Of a stretch of 64,000 nt of DNA, positions 8,860-18,503 are shown one piece after another. Within the stretch, counting starts at the first letter, position 1, and each line of letters begins with the position of its first letter. Below the pieces are notes generated by a model. The model ran no database searches. It saw nothing but the letters and a program-made list of their open reading frames with translations, and was not told the DNA's origin. Made by a program: the position numbers and the translations under genes. Source of the DNA: a virus. The DNA is taken from UHGV virus genome UHGV-0026213, one strand, 5' to 3'.

Positions 8860-9711
8860 ATGTCACACCCGTATTATCTCCCGCACATTCTAGCAAATAG
8901 GGACCCTGGTTATTACTACGAACAAACAAAGGGATTTGTTGAACGACTTTATATTCGTGAATTTAATACCGATGAAATGACTGATGGCCAGTATCTAGAG
9001 TATCTAAAAGACCTTTACGCTTTTTCAAAATCGAATAAAGGTGGGTTTGGACGTTACTCGGTCATTAGAGATGATGAATATCGTCATTTAGCTAAGCCTG
9101 TTACGTACCCTATTGTTACACGCGCTTATACATCGGATAGGCAATATAAAGCTGAGCTAAAATTTCCTTTACGGATAGACGGACCTCAAATTAGCGCTAT
9201 AGAAGTAGAAATTCAACCAATTGCTGAAGACTATATTAGAGACTACTTCAAGAAAGCTAAAGACGTACTCGACGAGGGTTTAAGTTACTCTGAAGAAGGT
9301 ACGATTTGTCTTCTCTCGTTGCTCTCGAAGACTTATGTCACGGCAAATTTCCGTGTCTCTGATTCCAGTAACTACAATACACTTACTCCCTCTAAGACAA
9401 AACCGGTTTATTGGGACGATCGGTTAGTCGACAGACAACGCTGGCTTACTATCTTAGATAAAGTAAAATTCGAACCCCCTAAACACACCGAAGACAACTT
9501 TATTTTATTGGACGACTTCGAACCGATCTATATCCCGACACATTTTGAACAAGCCTTACGTCATCGGTTGAAATATGTGTTGGAATTACGGTACGGAAAG
9601 ATAAACGGACTAACCTGTTCTGGTGAATTGGGAGAAGAAGAACGCGAGAAAATAAAAATCGTGTTTGATGAGTTGGTTGAAGATTACATTAAGAAGGAAG
9701 GGCAATTATGA
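8860..9711 (+). CDS. Hypothetical protein
   Basis: 283-aa ORF, AAAAGGAGG RBS. Confidence 0.6.
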   Translation: MSHPYYLPHILANRDPGYYYEQTKGFVERLYIREFNTDEMTDGQYLEYLKDLYAFSKSNKGGFGRYSVIRDDEYRHLAKPVTYPIVTRAYTSDRQYKAELKFPLRIDGPQISAIEVEIQPIAEDYIRDYFKKAKDVLDEGLSYSEEGTICLLSLLSKTYVTANFRVSDSSNYNTLTPSKTKPVYWDDRLVDRQRWLTILDKVKFEPPKHTEDNFILLDDFEPIYIPTHFEQALRHRLKYVLELRYGKINGLTCSGELGEEEREKIKIVFDELVEDYIKKEGQL

Positions 9712-10151
9712 AACCAAATACTACTAATGGCATTATGTTACTTTGTGATTCTGAAACGTTAGCAAACCGTATTCGTGGTTTGATGCAAGTACGTTGGCAG
9801 CAGAAAGTTCTCGTGGATTACGATGCACCGTTTGTTCACGTTAGTTGGTTGCCAGAATCTAGTGATTTCAAAGAAAGTATAACCACGAGAAGAATTAAAG
9901 AATGGTTATCGGCAATCATTAATAAACAGATTACCGTTATCAATTTCCAGTTGTTCGGTACCGCTGAAGAACATGAAATCTTGAAACAGTGTTTAAAAGC
10001 GTTGGGTCTTGCCTTCTCTGTTCGTGGAAGTTGCTACACGGCTTACTTTATCGGTTCACTTGAACTGTTTAAGAATACGCTAATGCTTCAACTAAAAGAC
10101 GACTACAAACTTTTAGATAAAATCGATTTCGAATTCCCAGGCATGATTTAA
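9708..10151 (+). CDS. Hypothetical protein
   Basis: 147-aa ORF, ATGA start/stop overlap with upstream gene. Confidence 0.6.
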   Translation: MKPNTTNGIMLLCDSETLANRIRGLMQVRWQQKVLVDYDAPFVHVSWLPESSDFKESITTRRIKEWLSAIINKQITVINFQLFGTAEEHEILKQCLKALGLAFSVRGSCYTAYFIGSLELFKNTLMLQLKDDYKLLDKIDFEFPGMI

Positions 10152-10197
10152 AGAATCATCGCTTAATCACCCCACCATTTACCTAAAGGAGCATTAA

Positions 10198-10713
10198 ATG
10201 TCAGTAAATATTAACATGAATCTTTATACTAAACGTGAACGTCAGATTCTGGCGAATCAACCCGGTGTTACGACTATCGACGGTAAACCTATTGACCGTT
10301 TAAAAGTTATCGTTGCGCGAAATTGTCATGAACGCGATTGGGACATTACCTACTTCCGTTGTTGTTCGGTCGCAAATGCGCTTACTCAACTCTCTAACTA
10401 CCACTCAGGACCGCTATTAAAAGACTGGGTTTGGTTAGTGCCTAGAACACCCTCAGCAATTGAGTATCCTTCTGGGTTAGTTTATATTCGTCCTGTCGCT
10501 TACCCAGAGCGTCTGAAAGAGTATCTTGAAGTTATCTGGAACCGTCCTCGTAAAGAGCTGGTGACGATTATTAATTTACTGCAGCAGATCGAAATCCCTG
10601 GTGTTTTGAATTTGAAACTCACGTCTCGCGATATTAACCAGGCTTACTGGGAACTAGAGTGGACTGAACCGAAATTCGAAAACAGTAACCGCATTTTCTT
10701 GCATCGGGGGTAA
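10198..10713 (+). CDS. Hypothetical protein
   Basis: 171-aa ORF preceded by the recurrent tttacctaaaggag RBS context. Confidence 0.6.
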   Translation: MSVNINMNLYTKRERQILANQPGVTTIDGKPIDRLKVIVARNCHERDWDITYFRCCSVANALTQLSNYHSGPLLKDWVWLVPRTPSAIEYPSGLVYIRPVAYPERLKEYLEVIWNRPRKELVTIINLLQQIEIPGVLNLKLTSRDINQAYWELEWTEPKFENSNRIFLHRG

Positions 10714-10715
10714 AA

Positions 10716-10997
10716 ATGTTAGATTGGTTGTTGGGATTAATTAACTCACGTCAACAGGAGCTTTATAAAGAAAACGCACGGTTACGGCAGGAACTTAGTA
10801 ACAATCGTCAAACCAAACGACAATTAATTCGGATGGTAAAACAACAGGCGCGTTGTATACGGGATATCGATTATCAGTATCACCGTCTGAATACCTTAGA
10901 CCCAACAACAAAAGCTTTAGGTAGTACGATTGGACACGCACGTAAAGTCAGTCACGATGCGTTAGTTCGAATCGATACAGTAGAAGAGAAACTGTGA
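10716..10997 (+). CDS. Hypothetical small basic coiled-coil protein
   Basis: 93-aa ORF; N-terminal helical basic region (ELYKENARLRQELSNNRQTKRQLIRMVKQQ). Confidence 0.5.
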   Translation: MLDWLLGLINSRQQELYKENARLRQELSNNRQTKRQLIRMVKQQARCIRDIDYQYHRLNTLDPTTKALGSTIGHARKVSHDALVRIDTVEEKL

Positions 10998-11040
10998 TAT
11001 AGCCCCTCTCAGGAAATCCTGAGAGGGGGGAGAAAGAAAG

Positions 11041-11349
11041 ATGCATGGTATTTTGATTATTCTTAAAGCCAAACTATACAAAATTGCCTTTTCTTTGTTT
11101 TACGGCCGTATTGTAGAGGAGGTTGTATCGGAATCCGAACCCCATGAAGAAACAGTGATTCGTTTTGGAAAGGAATACACAGTCATGGTTCGTGATGTTG
11201 TGATAGACGTTTACTCTACCGGGGGAATCTTAAAAGGAAAACCTAAGCGCAGATTGTACGGTAAAAGACTTCCTTACATGAGAGATCATTTAATTCTGGG
11301 CTCGTTACAAGAATTTTTCGATTTAAGAGATAATGCAAGAAGTAAATGA
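11041..11349 (+). CDS. Hypothetical protein, possible distant member of the 11353/11722 family
   Basis: 102-aa ORF; RBS lies inside an upstream 12-bp palindrome. Confidence 0.5.
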   Translation: MHGILIILKAKLYKIAFSLFYGRIVEEVVSESEPHEETVIRFGKEYTVMVRDVVIDVYSTGGILKGKPKRRLYGKRLPYMRDHLILGSLQEFFDLRDNARSK

Positions 11350-11352
11350 AAT

Positions 11353-11718
11353 ATGCTGAACAAAATTAAATATTGGTTAAACGATTCGTTTAAAACCTGG
11401 GCTTGTGGTAAGAATGCCTTAACGGTAGTTAAATCGGGCGATTGGTATACAGAGATTATTACATTAGCAAACGGAGGATTGCAAAACATACAAGTTCGTA
11501 ACGTTGTTGTTAAAATAGGGCGCGAGGGAGGAGCAATCTTCAACTCTGAATACTATCAAGTTTCTGCCCTGGAGTTGAAAAACGGTCCGATTTTATTTAT
11601 CGGTACAGCACAACACCTTTACGATACAGTAGTTAAGTTTAGTGAAAGAGTAAAACGTTTAAATGAATCGCTTAGTAAGTTTATTAAAGAAACTGAACGA
11701 ACTACAGTGGAGATTTAA
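11353..11718 (+). CDS. Hypothetical protein, tandem paralogue A
   Basis: Shares W(A/L)CGK...VVK.GDWYTE(I/V)(I/V)T..NG.L.N...R.V.VK(I/V)GR.GG with the 11722 gene. Confidence 0.6.
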   Translation: MLNKIKYWLNDSFKTWACGKNALTVVKSGDWYTEIITLANGGLQNIQVRNVVVKIGREGGAIFNSEYYQVSALELKNGPILFIGTAQHLYDTVVKFSERVKRLNESLSKFIKETERTTVEI

Positions 11719-11721
11719 AAG

Positions 11722-12108
11722 ATGCGTTTATTTTACTTAAAAAGGCGTTTGTCATTAAAAGCCCAACTGTTTGTTAACGAGAAAGTTAAAAACTGGCTGT
11801 GTGGTAAAAGGGTACAATATGTCGTTAAAGAAGGCGACTGGTATACGGAGGTTGTGACTTCCCCTAACGGTGAACTTATAAACGTTACTATTCGTGACGT
11901 TATGGTTAAGGTTGGTAGGGGAGGCGGTCTGTTATTTGGATCAGAAACTATAAGGGTCGTTGCTAAACAATTGAAAGATGGTCGAGTTATATTCAATGTT
12001 ACCGCCCAGAAATACTACGACAATTTATTCGAGTGTCAACGAGCAATAGACAGAATGACCCGTGAGATGCGAAGAATGCACATTACGGAGATCACTATAG
12101 GAGTTTAA
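11722..12108 (+). CDS. Hypothetical protein, tandem paralogue B
   Basis: See 11353. Confidence 0.6.
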   Translation: MRLFYLKRRLSLKAQLFVNEKVKNWLCGKRVQYVVKEGDWYTEVVTSPNGELINVTIRDVMVKVGRGGGLLFGSETIRVVAKQLKDGRVIFNVTAQKYYDNLFECQRAIDRMTREMRRMHITEITIGV

Positions 12109-12419
12109 TGATGGAAAGTAAAATCACAAACACATCGGTACCTGAGAACATTGTCAACTATATTCTCCGTGGTGGGTTGTTAGAAGACAATAAAGAAACG
12201 TGCGATAAACTCGTTTCTCAACTACTACCTATTCGTTCAGAATACTGCGAAATCGTTATCTTAGGTTCCGAGTATTGCGTACGTTCTTACTGCCGTCGTT
12301 ACGAAGCCTTACGCGTCCCTCGTACGTTAGGTGGCGTGATCTTGCTGATTTCGTCTTTTCAAGACGCTCATGTGCGTGTGGCGACCTGGATTGCCAAAGG
12401 AGGTAACAGTGGTTTTTAA
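12108..12419 (+). CDS. Hypothetical protein
   Basis: 103-aa ORF, ATGA overlap with upstream gene. Confidence 0.5.
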   Translation: MMESKITNTSVPENIVNYILRGGLLEDNKETCDKLVSQLLPIRSEYCEIVILGSEYCVRSYCRRYEALRVPRTLGGVILLISSFQDAHVRVATWIAKGGNSGF

Positions 12420-12717
12420 ATTGCTAGGTTTCGGAAAATGCAAAGCGTGCGCAAAGCACGAAGAATATATCAAGTTATTAGAAGAAACAGTTGAAACGCA
12501 GCAAGAACTTATCTCTGAATACCGTGCGAAAACCGGTTCGGTAGAATATTTGACTGTTCTCGTTTGTGCTATTGCTGAATTGGGTTGTGAGGGGAAATTG
12601 CCTAAAGAGGAGATATTAAAACTATTAAAAGAAAAAACGTCGTTTTACCGTAAAGATATTGAAGACTGTAAACGTGAGATTATAAGAGCGAATTGGGAGA
12701 TTATCAATGAAGCGTGA
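12409..12717 (+). CDS. Hypothetical protein (start moved to GTG at 12409)
   Basis: AAAGGAGG RBS 5 nt upstream of GTG at about 12409; the longer listed ORF from 12370 has no RBS. Confidence 0.45.
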   Translation: MVFKLLGFGKCKACAKHEEYIKLLEETVETQQELISEYRAKTGSVEYLTVLVCAIAELGCEGKLPKEEILKLLKEKTSFYRKDIEDCKREIIRANWEIINEA

Positions 12718-12988
12718 AACGGTTGTATTTCGTAGTAATGGTGATGTGGTTTTGTATCGTGGTAAGAAACGTATTCGTACGTTAGATTATCGCGAAGCAA
12801 AACGTTTCGTTGAAGAGTGTGCGTGGTTAATGCATTACGAAGGGAACTATCGGGCCATCTTAGAAGCACCGCGTTTAGAACGTGCAGTTGCGCAGATGGC
12901 AATAGGTAATCCTAAGAACTGTTACCTGGCACGCAAACCAAAATACCTGCAACGTGTCTCGCTAGGCAGTTTTATTGCGGGATTTTAA
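12707..12988 (+). CDS. Hypothetical protein
   Basis: 93-aa ORF. Confidence 0.5.
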   Translation: MKRETVVFRSNGDVVLYRGKKRIRTLDYREAKRFVEECAWLMHYEGNYRAILEAPRLERAVAQMAIGNPKNCYLARKPKYLQRVSLGSFIAGF

Positions 12989-13000
12989 TAAAAATAATTT

Positions 13001-13025
13001 CAGATATATATTACTTAGGTGAGAG
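13001..13025 (+). promoter_or_regulatory. Conserved promoter-like motif, copy 2 (cagatatatattacttaggtgagag) with downstream palindrome
   Basis: Identical over about 37 bp (aaaaataatttcagatatatattacttaggtgagagt) to the copy at 49407; followed by gagagtacaaaagctctc. Confidence 0.65.
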
Positions 13026-13068
13026 TACAAAAGCTCTCACTTAACGAACCATTTTAGGAGAATATACC

Positions 13069-13335
13069 ATGAACTTCACTAAAGCTGATTATGCTAAAGA
13101 ATTAGTTTCTAAAGAAGATTACAAGTTTACTGTTGAACTAGACTATGTATTAACCGAAGATGAAAAAGATGCGCTGTATAAAGCGTTCCGCAAACACTTC
13201 GGTGCGTTGTTCTTTATGGGTTTCCGTAAAGACTCTATCGATATTGGCTATACTGTCGCAGTACGTACCGATGAGGAAATGTTCAATATGGTGTGCGAAA
13301 TCGTCAGTACCATTACTGCTAAACGTGCGATTTAA
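13069..13335 (+). CDS. Hypothetical protein
   Basis: 88-aa ORF; RBS context aggagaatataccATG identical to that of the 46178 gene. Confidence 0.6.
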   Translation: MNFTKADYAKELVSKEDYKFTVELDYVLTEDEKDALYKAFRKHFGALFFMGFRKDSIDIGYTVAVRTDEEMFNMVCEIVSTITAKRAI

Positions 13336-13358
13336 CTTCAACGTTTAATTACACTACA

Positions 13359-13388
13359 GGGTAAGGGAATCCCTTACCCTATTATTTC
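13359..13388 (+). terminator. Intrinsic terminator
   Basis: gggtaaggg-aat-cccttaccc hairpin followed by T/A-rich tract. Confidence 0.7.
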
Positions 13389-13416
13389 GATATGTAAAAC
13401 TAAAAGGAAAATAAAA

Positions 13417-14193
13417 ATGAAAACTGTTGAGTTTAAAAATAGCAGTCTTTGGGCATACTCGCACATCATTACGAGTTTCCTGAAAAACGTTACTTCGCAC
13501 CTCGCTTATCAGTTTTGTGGAAATGAGCTCACTATCGGCGGTTTTAACGAGGAAGAATTAAAACGTGCAAAAGAGTTCATTGACGATGTTCTTCATGGCG
13601 ACGCGACGTGTTTAGTTGCGAGTTACGTTGCTAAAGACAAAGGAAGATTAAACATCATGGCAATCTTCCGGGCGCTCTCCGAAAAAGTATACGAAGTTGA
13701 GAAGGCTAGTCATGGCGTTTATATTGTTTACTTTAAACGTTCAGCGGAGAAAAACGCTGATAAACTTCTGGAGTATTTCGACTGTAACCCAGGGGAAGGT
13801 ATGGATGTCTATACGCTCGGTTATGATGGGGTACCTCACCGGAATAACCTTATTCGAGTTGACGAACCTTTTTCAGTCAATGATAACTCCACGCCTATAG
13901 AGTTGGTTCTGGTTCACAAAGATCGTTTCGCGCATTACGATTCTGATACTATTCAACGTGTCCTGAACAACGTTAATATACAGTTTTCACAAACCGAGCA
14001 CCTGGTACGTGCTTGTGTTAGGTCTAATGGCACAACATCATTTTTCCTGGAACGTCAAATCATTTGGCAGACTTATCTGGCTTTGATGGAAGAACTCGAT
14101 AGGATCGAACCAGTTCAGGTTGGTACAAATTGCTTATATTGGATAAAAACAAAGGGGTTCAAGAATGAAAACACTCAATTCAGATTTGCGTGA
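13417..14193 (+). CDS. Hypothetical protein
   Basis: 258-aa ORF. Confidence 0.6.
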   Translation: MKTVEFKNSSLWAYSHIITSFLKNVTSHLAYQFCGNELTIGGFNEEELKRAKEFIDDVLHGDATCLVASYVAKDKGRLNIMAIFRALSEKVYEVEKASHGVYIVYFKRSAEKNADKLLEYFDCNPGEGMDVYTLGYDGVPHRNNLIRVDEPFSVNDNSTPIELVLVHKDRFAHYDSDTIQRVLNNVNIQFSQTEHLVRACVRSNGTTSFFLERQIIWQTYLALMEELDRIEPVQVGTNCLYWIKTKGFKNENTQFRFA

Positions 14194-14593
14194 TTATATC
14201 CGTAAGTACCCGGCCAGTATTCCTGTACTGGCTTCACTTACACTTTCAGGTACTGACGTTAACATCTTAACGGTGGAACAGTTCCACGAGATAATAAAAA
14301 CCGCCTATAACTCCATTACCGCAACGTCAGTACGTAAACGTTGCGATTATCCCGATGGTCCTTTCGGTACAGAGATGTTCACAGACTACGCAGTTGCGTT
14401 TCTGTTAGGGCGACACTGCCTCGATAAGCTTAACACTGCTGTAGAAGGGGAAACAGTGACGGAAATAGTCAATGCTTGGCAGCAACGTATTCTTAATGAC
14501 CCTTACTGTCGCCAAGCGTTAAAACGAATGTCCACAACGGCGATTACAAACGACCAACGTGCTTTAGAGTTCTTTAAGCACAACTACAGCTAA
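14165..14593 (+). CDS. Hypothetical protein, paralogue of the 15807 gene
   Basis: N- and C-terminal similarity to 15807 product (L..(D/E)(L/I)R(D/N)Y(I/V)R..P...VL ... Y....E..G..M..D...). Confidence 0.6.
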   Translation: MKTLNSDLRDYIRKYPASIPVLASLTLSGTDVNILTVEQFHEIIKTAYNSITATSVRKRCDYPDGPFGTEMFTDYAVAFLLGRHCLDKLNTAVEGETVTEIVNAWQQRILNDPYCRQALKRMSTTAITNDQRALEFFKHNYS

Positions 14594-14615
14594 TTTACCA
14601 AAAAGGAAAAATGAT

Positions 14616-15737
14616 ATGTTTAATATCGAAATTACCCCGCTCGTTAAAACTGAAATCCGTCCGGTTCCCGAAGCACAATTACTCGATCAGCTTTATCATG
14701 TATTCCTGGATAAAGGTGTACATTTCCGTGTAGAGCAGGTCAACGATGAAAGCATCGTGTTCTACTGGACTCACTGCAACGATTATCTTTGCGACACTAT
14801 TGCGGTGGAAATCGGTGAGTTACTCAACCCGGTAGCCGAGAACGCCAAGGTAAAAGCGACCGAGACAGAGCAACCGAAAGTCGAAGAGCAGCAGTGGTCT
14901 ATAAACAATGAAGACTCGTCATACGTAAATCAATATGATGTTGAAACGATCGAGAAAATTAAAGAGGCATTAAATATCCTCTATCCCGATGCCTTATACA
15001 TTAGTCAAGAATACGACATGTTAGCTTTCAGGATGAAGGAATTCGATCCTAAGATCATGAAAGCTATTCGCATCGTCGTTGCTCTGATCGTCAAAGACGC
15101 CGTTCGACTTATTTCGGTTCGTGATATCGGAAAAGAAGACGCAGATGAAATCATGCGTGGTGCTGTTCACGAACACAAGGGGAAAATTCGTGGGTCTAAT
15201 TATGTTGACGGCACGCTAACTGTGCTTGTTGATAATGATCCTGTCGTTATTAAATGGTTCGAAGAACCGTATTCCTTTACTTACACTGGTCCAGAAGCCG
15301 TAGCGATTAATGATACCTTGACAGCTTTCTATCCTACCAAAGTAGAGACTAAACTCGAGGGCGAAAAACTCACCATTAAATGGAAATGGTGGGACGCTGC
15401 TCTTGACGAAGAAATTAGCAACCTCATTAATGAGATTGTTGACAATCGTCTACGTCTTCTGACAATCACTACTATTGGGAAAGAAGATGCCGATACGTTT
15501 ATGCGTGATATCGCTCGTTGGTTTCCTGAGAAAGTCCGTCAGTGGACTTACACAGACAATATACTTACCATTCTACTCAACTATGAACCCGGTATTATCG
15601 GAAAGTTAAAAACTCATCTGCGTGACTTGGCGGGAGCTCGTTTTCTTAAGAATAATGAGCACTCGATCGACGCGATCTTTAGAGAAATATCATCTGGCAT
15701 AGGCTGCGATTGCCCTGCTTGTCAAAAATTTCGTTAA
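14616..15737 (+). CDS. Hypothetical protein with internal duplication and C-terminal CDCPAC motif
   Basis: Two internal repeats containing (S/T)(V/I)..IGKEDAD.(I/F)MR; 373 aa. Confidence 0.6.
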   Translation: MFNIEITPLVKTEIRPVPEAQLLDQLYHVFLDKGVHFRVEQVNDESIVFYWTHCNDYLCDTIAVEIGELLNPVAENAKVKATETEQPKVEEQQWSINNEDSSYVNQYDVETIEKIKEALNILYPDALYISQEYDMLAFRMKEFDPKIMKAIRIVVALIVKDAVRLISVRDIGKEDADEIMRGAVHEHKGKIRGSNYVDGTLTVLVDNDPVVIKWFEEPYSFTYTGPEAVAINDTLTAFYPTKVETKLEGEKLTIKWKWWDAALDEEISNLINEIVDNRLRLLTITTIGKEDADTFMRDIARWFPEKVRQWTYTDNILTILLNYEPGIIGKLKTHLRDLAGARFLKNNEHSIDAIFREISSGIGCDCPACQKFR

Positions 15738-15756
15738 TTAACTAAAATCGTACAAG

Positions 15757-15784
15757 GGGTGGTAAACCACCCCTCCATTATTGT
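15757..15784 (+). terminator. Hairpin, possible terminator (weak T-tract)
   Basis: ggggtggt-aaa-ccacccc. Confidence 0.4.
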
Positions 15785-15806
15785 AATTACCTAAAGGAGT
15801 ATTAAA

Positions 15807-16238
15807 ATGTTTTTCGTATTAAATGATGAAATCCGTAACTACGTTCGTAACAACCCTATTGCTCTGAGCGTTTTAGTAGGTTTCTGCCGCCCGAATACTG
15901 GCTTCGATTTACTTAAGTTAGAGGAATACAAAGAGATTGTAAACACGGCCTATATGGAGATTTGCAGCTGGGGTAAACGTCCTCGTGAAGAGTATCCCGC
16001 AGGTGAGTTAGGTGACACCATGCATCGTGACCAGAATCTGATGCACGAATTCGTTGAATACACACTGGAAAATCTTAACTATCCACTGCTGGTCGACACT
16101 GTACCAGAAATGGTTGACGAATGGTTAAAACGTCTTTATAGCGATCCTACCGCCAACAAGTTACTGAGCCAGATGTCACAAACTTCTCGTGACACCGACA
16201 CTCGTTCTCTGATGTACTTAGCACATAACGTTCGCTAA
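15807..16238 (+). CDS. Hypothetical protein, paralogue of the 14165 gene
   Basis: See 14165; preceded by ttacctaaaggagtattaaaATG. Confidence 0.6.
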   Translation: MFFVLNDEIRNYVRNNPIALSVLVGFCRPNTGFDLLKLEEYKEIVNTAYMEICSWGKRPREEYPAGELGDTMHRDQNLMHEFVEYTLENLNYPLLVDTVPEMVDEWLKRLYSDPTANKLLSQMSQTSRDTDTRSLMYLAHNVR

Positions 16239-16245
16239 CCTCTCT

Positions 16246-16300
16246 CCGCTATAGGCTTCGGTCTATAGCGGAATTAATTTTCTTTCCCTTTTCTTTTTTT
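16246..16300 (+). terminator. Intrinsic terminator
   Basis: ccgctatag-gcttcggt-ctatagcgg followed by a long T-rich tract. Confidence 0.7.
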
Positions 16301-16405
16301 GTTATTTTGACACTACTTTGCTTACCCTCTACTCGACTATTCCTATGCTGGCTGAGGGATGTAAAACGACCTCTTAAACCTTTTTACTTATTGTGAGTTA
16401 ACGCG

Positions 16406-17254
16406 ATGTCTCTTACGTCAAAACAGAAACTGCTAAAACTCATCAACACTGAAAACAATATTGTTCCACCATTGACCTTCAGTGATGTTGATATCGGCGA
16501 ACCTACTGGTACTGGGGTTGATACCCAGGTGGTTCTGACTTCTAAACTCAAAGGCGATGAGTCTACTACTTTAACCGTGACTTACCATCGTCGTAATTTG
16601 CCCGAATACCTAACAGGTGAGTTGGTATTCGGTAACGACGGTGTTGTAACCGCCGCAGATTTGCTTAATGCAATCAACGCAAAATACGATTTAAATATCC
16701 TGCCGTCGGATATCGTTGATGCGAAAGTTGAAGGCGAAACCCACCAACTTACCGCTAACGAGAAATCCTACGAGTGGTGCGGCGAGGTGACACTTACGCT
16801 ACGCGATCCTATTGATCTGGCTAAACTATTACCTGTTACTCAATTAGAAAACCTGGTAGAGTATCCGTCCACTAAGAAAGGTAACGCTGCGGTTTATTCT
16901 TATCCAATTGACTTCACCGCAGAAAAAGATTACCTCGATCCGATTACCATTAACGACACTGTCGACCTGGCTGAGTTAGCCACTAAACTGGTCAACGTCG
17001 TTGATGAGAAATGGGTAAGCGTACCTAAAAACGCTGCTAATAACCTCTACGGTGCTAAGGTTATCTACGATGGGCCTACCGCAGGTTATGAAGGTGCAAA
17101 CACAAAGTACACGCGTGTGCTGGTACTCGCACTCAGTGGGCTGTGTGCTAACCTGACCGGTAATCTGTTAATCCACTTTAACGGAACCGATCGTCCGAAG
17201 TCGAAGATTGAATTAGCTAAAACTAATTCGGTCTTACCGGGATTCTTAGATTAA
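16406..17254 (+). CDS. Hypothetical protein, member of a four-gene family (16406, 17268, 20409, 21020)
   Basis: Shared N-terminal pattern (L.N......T..DV.(I/F)G.P........T.V.LT...). Confidence 0.6.
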   Translation: MSLTSKQKLLKLINTENNIVPPLTFSDVDIGEPTGTGVDTQVVLTSKLKGDESTTLTVTYHRRNLPEYLTGELVFGNDGVVTAADLLNAINAKYDLNILPSDIVDAKVEGETHQLTANEKSYEWCGEVTLTLRDPIDLAKLLPVTQLENLVEYPSTKKGNAAVYSYPIDFTAEKDYLDPITINDTVDLAELATKLVNVVDEKWVSVPKNAANNLYGAKVIYDGPTAGYEGANTKYTRVLVLALSGLCANLTGNLLIHFNGTDRPKSKIELAKTNSVLPGFLD

Positions 17255-17267
17255 GAGGATTACAGTA

Positions 17268-17744
17268 ATGACCAGTCAAGAAACTATCTTCGACCTTATT
17301 AAAAAGGCTAACCCAGACGCTGAGCTCGACACCGCCAAAGTTACATTGGGTGAGCCCGTCGTAAGTACCGGTGCGTACAACACCGAAGTTACGGTTGCGT
17401 CAATTAAGAATCTCGGTTATGCTAATAAGCAAACGTTCCAGTATAACCGCATCGATGCAGGTTTGTATTTCCTCAACGTATTGCCGAAACTGTTAGTTGA
17501 ATCAGCTACCACAACTGCGGACTTGCTGCCTGTAATCAATGAGCAGTATGGCTTAACCCTTACTGAAGACGACGTATGGGTAGAGCAGGTTGGTGAGTTA
17601 CCGCTGGACGGCAGTGCAATCGAGCACGGCATTTTCTTCCGTCCTGAATGCCTAACCTGGGTCGGTGGTTTTACAGTGCGCGTTGCACGTAAACCGACTG
17701 TTGAAACACCGCCAGCTAAGCCATCACGCGCTAAGAAGAAATAA
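17268..17744 (+). CDS. Hypothetical protein, family member
   Basis: See 16406. Confidence 0.6.
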   Translation: MTSQETIFDLIKKANPDAELDTAKVTLGEPVVSTGAYNTEVTVASIKNLGYANKQTFQYNRIDAGLYFLNVLPKLLVESATTTADLLPVINEQYGLTLTEDDVWVEQVGELPLDGSAIEHGIFFRPECLTWVGGFTVRVARKPTVETPPAKPSRAKKK

Positions 17745-17748
17745 CGAC

Positions 17749-17783
17749 AGGGTGGGGTAATCCCACCCTCTTTTCTTTTTTTG
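17749..17783 (+). terminator. Intrinsic terminator
   Basis: agggtggg-gtaat-cccaccct followed by cttttctttttttg. Confidence 0.8.
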
Positions 17784-17805
17784 TGTAAAAGAGGAGTTAA
17801 ACAAA

Positions 17806-18396
17806 ATGGCCGAACGTTGGACTAAAGAAGGTATTATTGCTTCGAAAACAGATTTAGAAGGCGGGTACGTAAACGACCCTGACGATAAAGGTGGGGAAAC
17901 CTGTCACGGTGTAACACTAACAACTGCACGCGAATACGGGTATAAAGGAAAAATGAAGGATCTGACCCGTGCGCAGGCGTTTGATATTTACGATCGCGGT
18001 TGGTGGAAGAAACTTAAACTCGATGAGATTTTAGCTATTTCACCCTTACTCGCAGACCGGATGTTTGATTTTGCTATTAACTCTGGCCGCGTTAACTGTG
18101 TGAAATCGTTACAACGTATTCTGAACGTTTTAAATAACGAAGGGAAACTTTACGCAGATATTGACACCGACGGTGGCATGGGGCCTAAAACGCTAGGTGC
18201 CCTGAATGCTTATCTGAATTACCGTAAAGGCGAGGGGTTAGGTATCTTAATCTTTGCGTTAATCTCACACCAGGTAACCTACTACACGGAAATCTCCGAA
18301 AAGCGTAAGAAGAATGAAAAATTCGCTTACGGCTGGTACGCACGCGTGTTCAGAGAAATGCCGGATTATGTGGCGAAGGCAGGGTTAGTAAAATGA
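17806..18396 (+). CDS. Endolysin: GH108-type lysozyme domain plus C-terminal PG_binding_3-like domain
   Basis: EGGYVNDPDDKGGETCHGVT matches the GH108 signature motif; C-terminal GGMGPKTLGALN...YGWYARV resembles the peptidoglycan-binding domain paired with GH108. Confidence 0.8.
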   Translation: MAERWTKEGIIASKTDLEGGYVNDPDDKGGETCHGVTLTTAREYGYKGKMKDLTRAQAFDIYDRGWWKKLKLDEILAISPLLADRMFDFAINSGRVNCVKSLQRILNVLNNEGKLYADIDTDGGMGPKTLGALNAYLNYRKGEGLGILIFALISHQVTYYTEISEKRKKNEKFAYGWYARVFREMPDYVAKAGLVK

Positions 18397-18497
18397 ACTG
18401 GTTTGCTAAACTCTTAGCAGTATTGTGGAAAGCGTTAACGTCTGGACGGAAACGTAAAGACGAAAAACGCGGGTACGAATTTTTCTGGTTTCTATAA
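18393..18497 (+). CDS. Small 34-aa amphipathic peptide overlapping the endolysin stop (ATGA)
   Basis: MNWFAKLLAVLWKALTSGRKRKDEKRGYEFFWFL; below the ORF-track length cutoff, found by reading. Confidence 0.3.
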   Translation: MNWFAKLLAVLWKALTSGRKRKDEKRGYEFFWFL

Positions 18498-18503
18498 GGG
18501 AAG

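Noticed and set aside
16296-16340. Possible sigma70-type promoter (TTGACA at about 16307)
   Set aside because: No acceptable -10 hexamer at 16-18 bp spacing; left uncalled.
18393-18497. Calling the 34-aa peptide after the endolysin a holin
   Set aside because: Amphipathic with a basic C-terminus but no clear transmembrane helix; kept only as a low-confidence small ORF.
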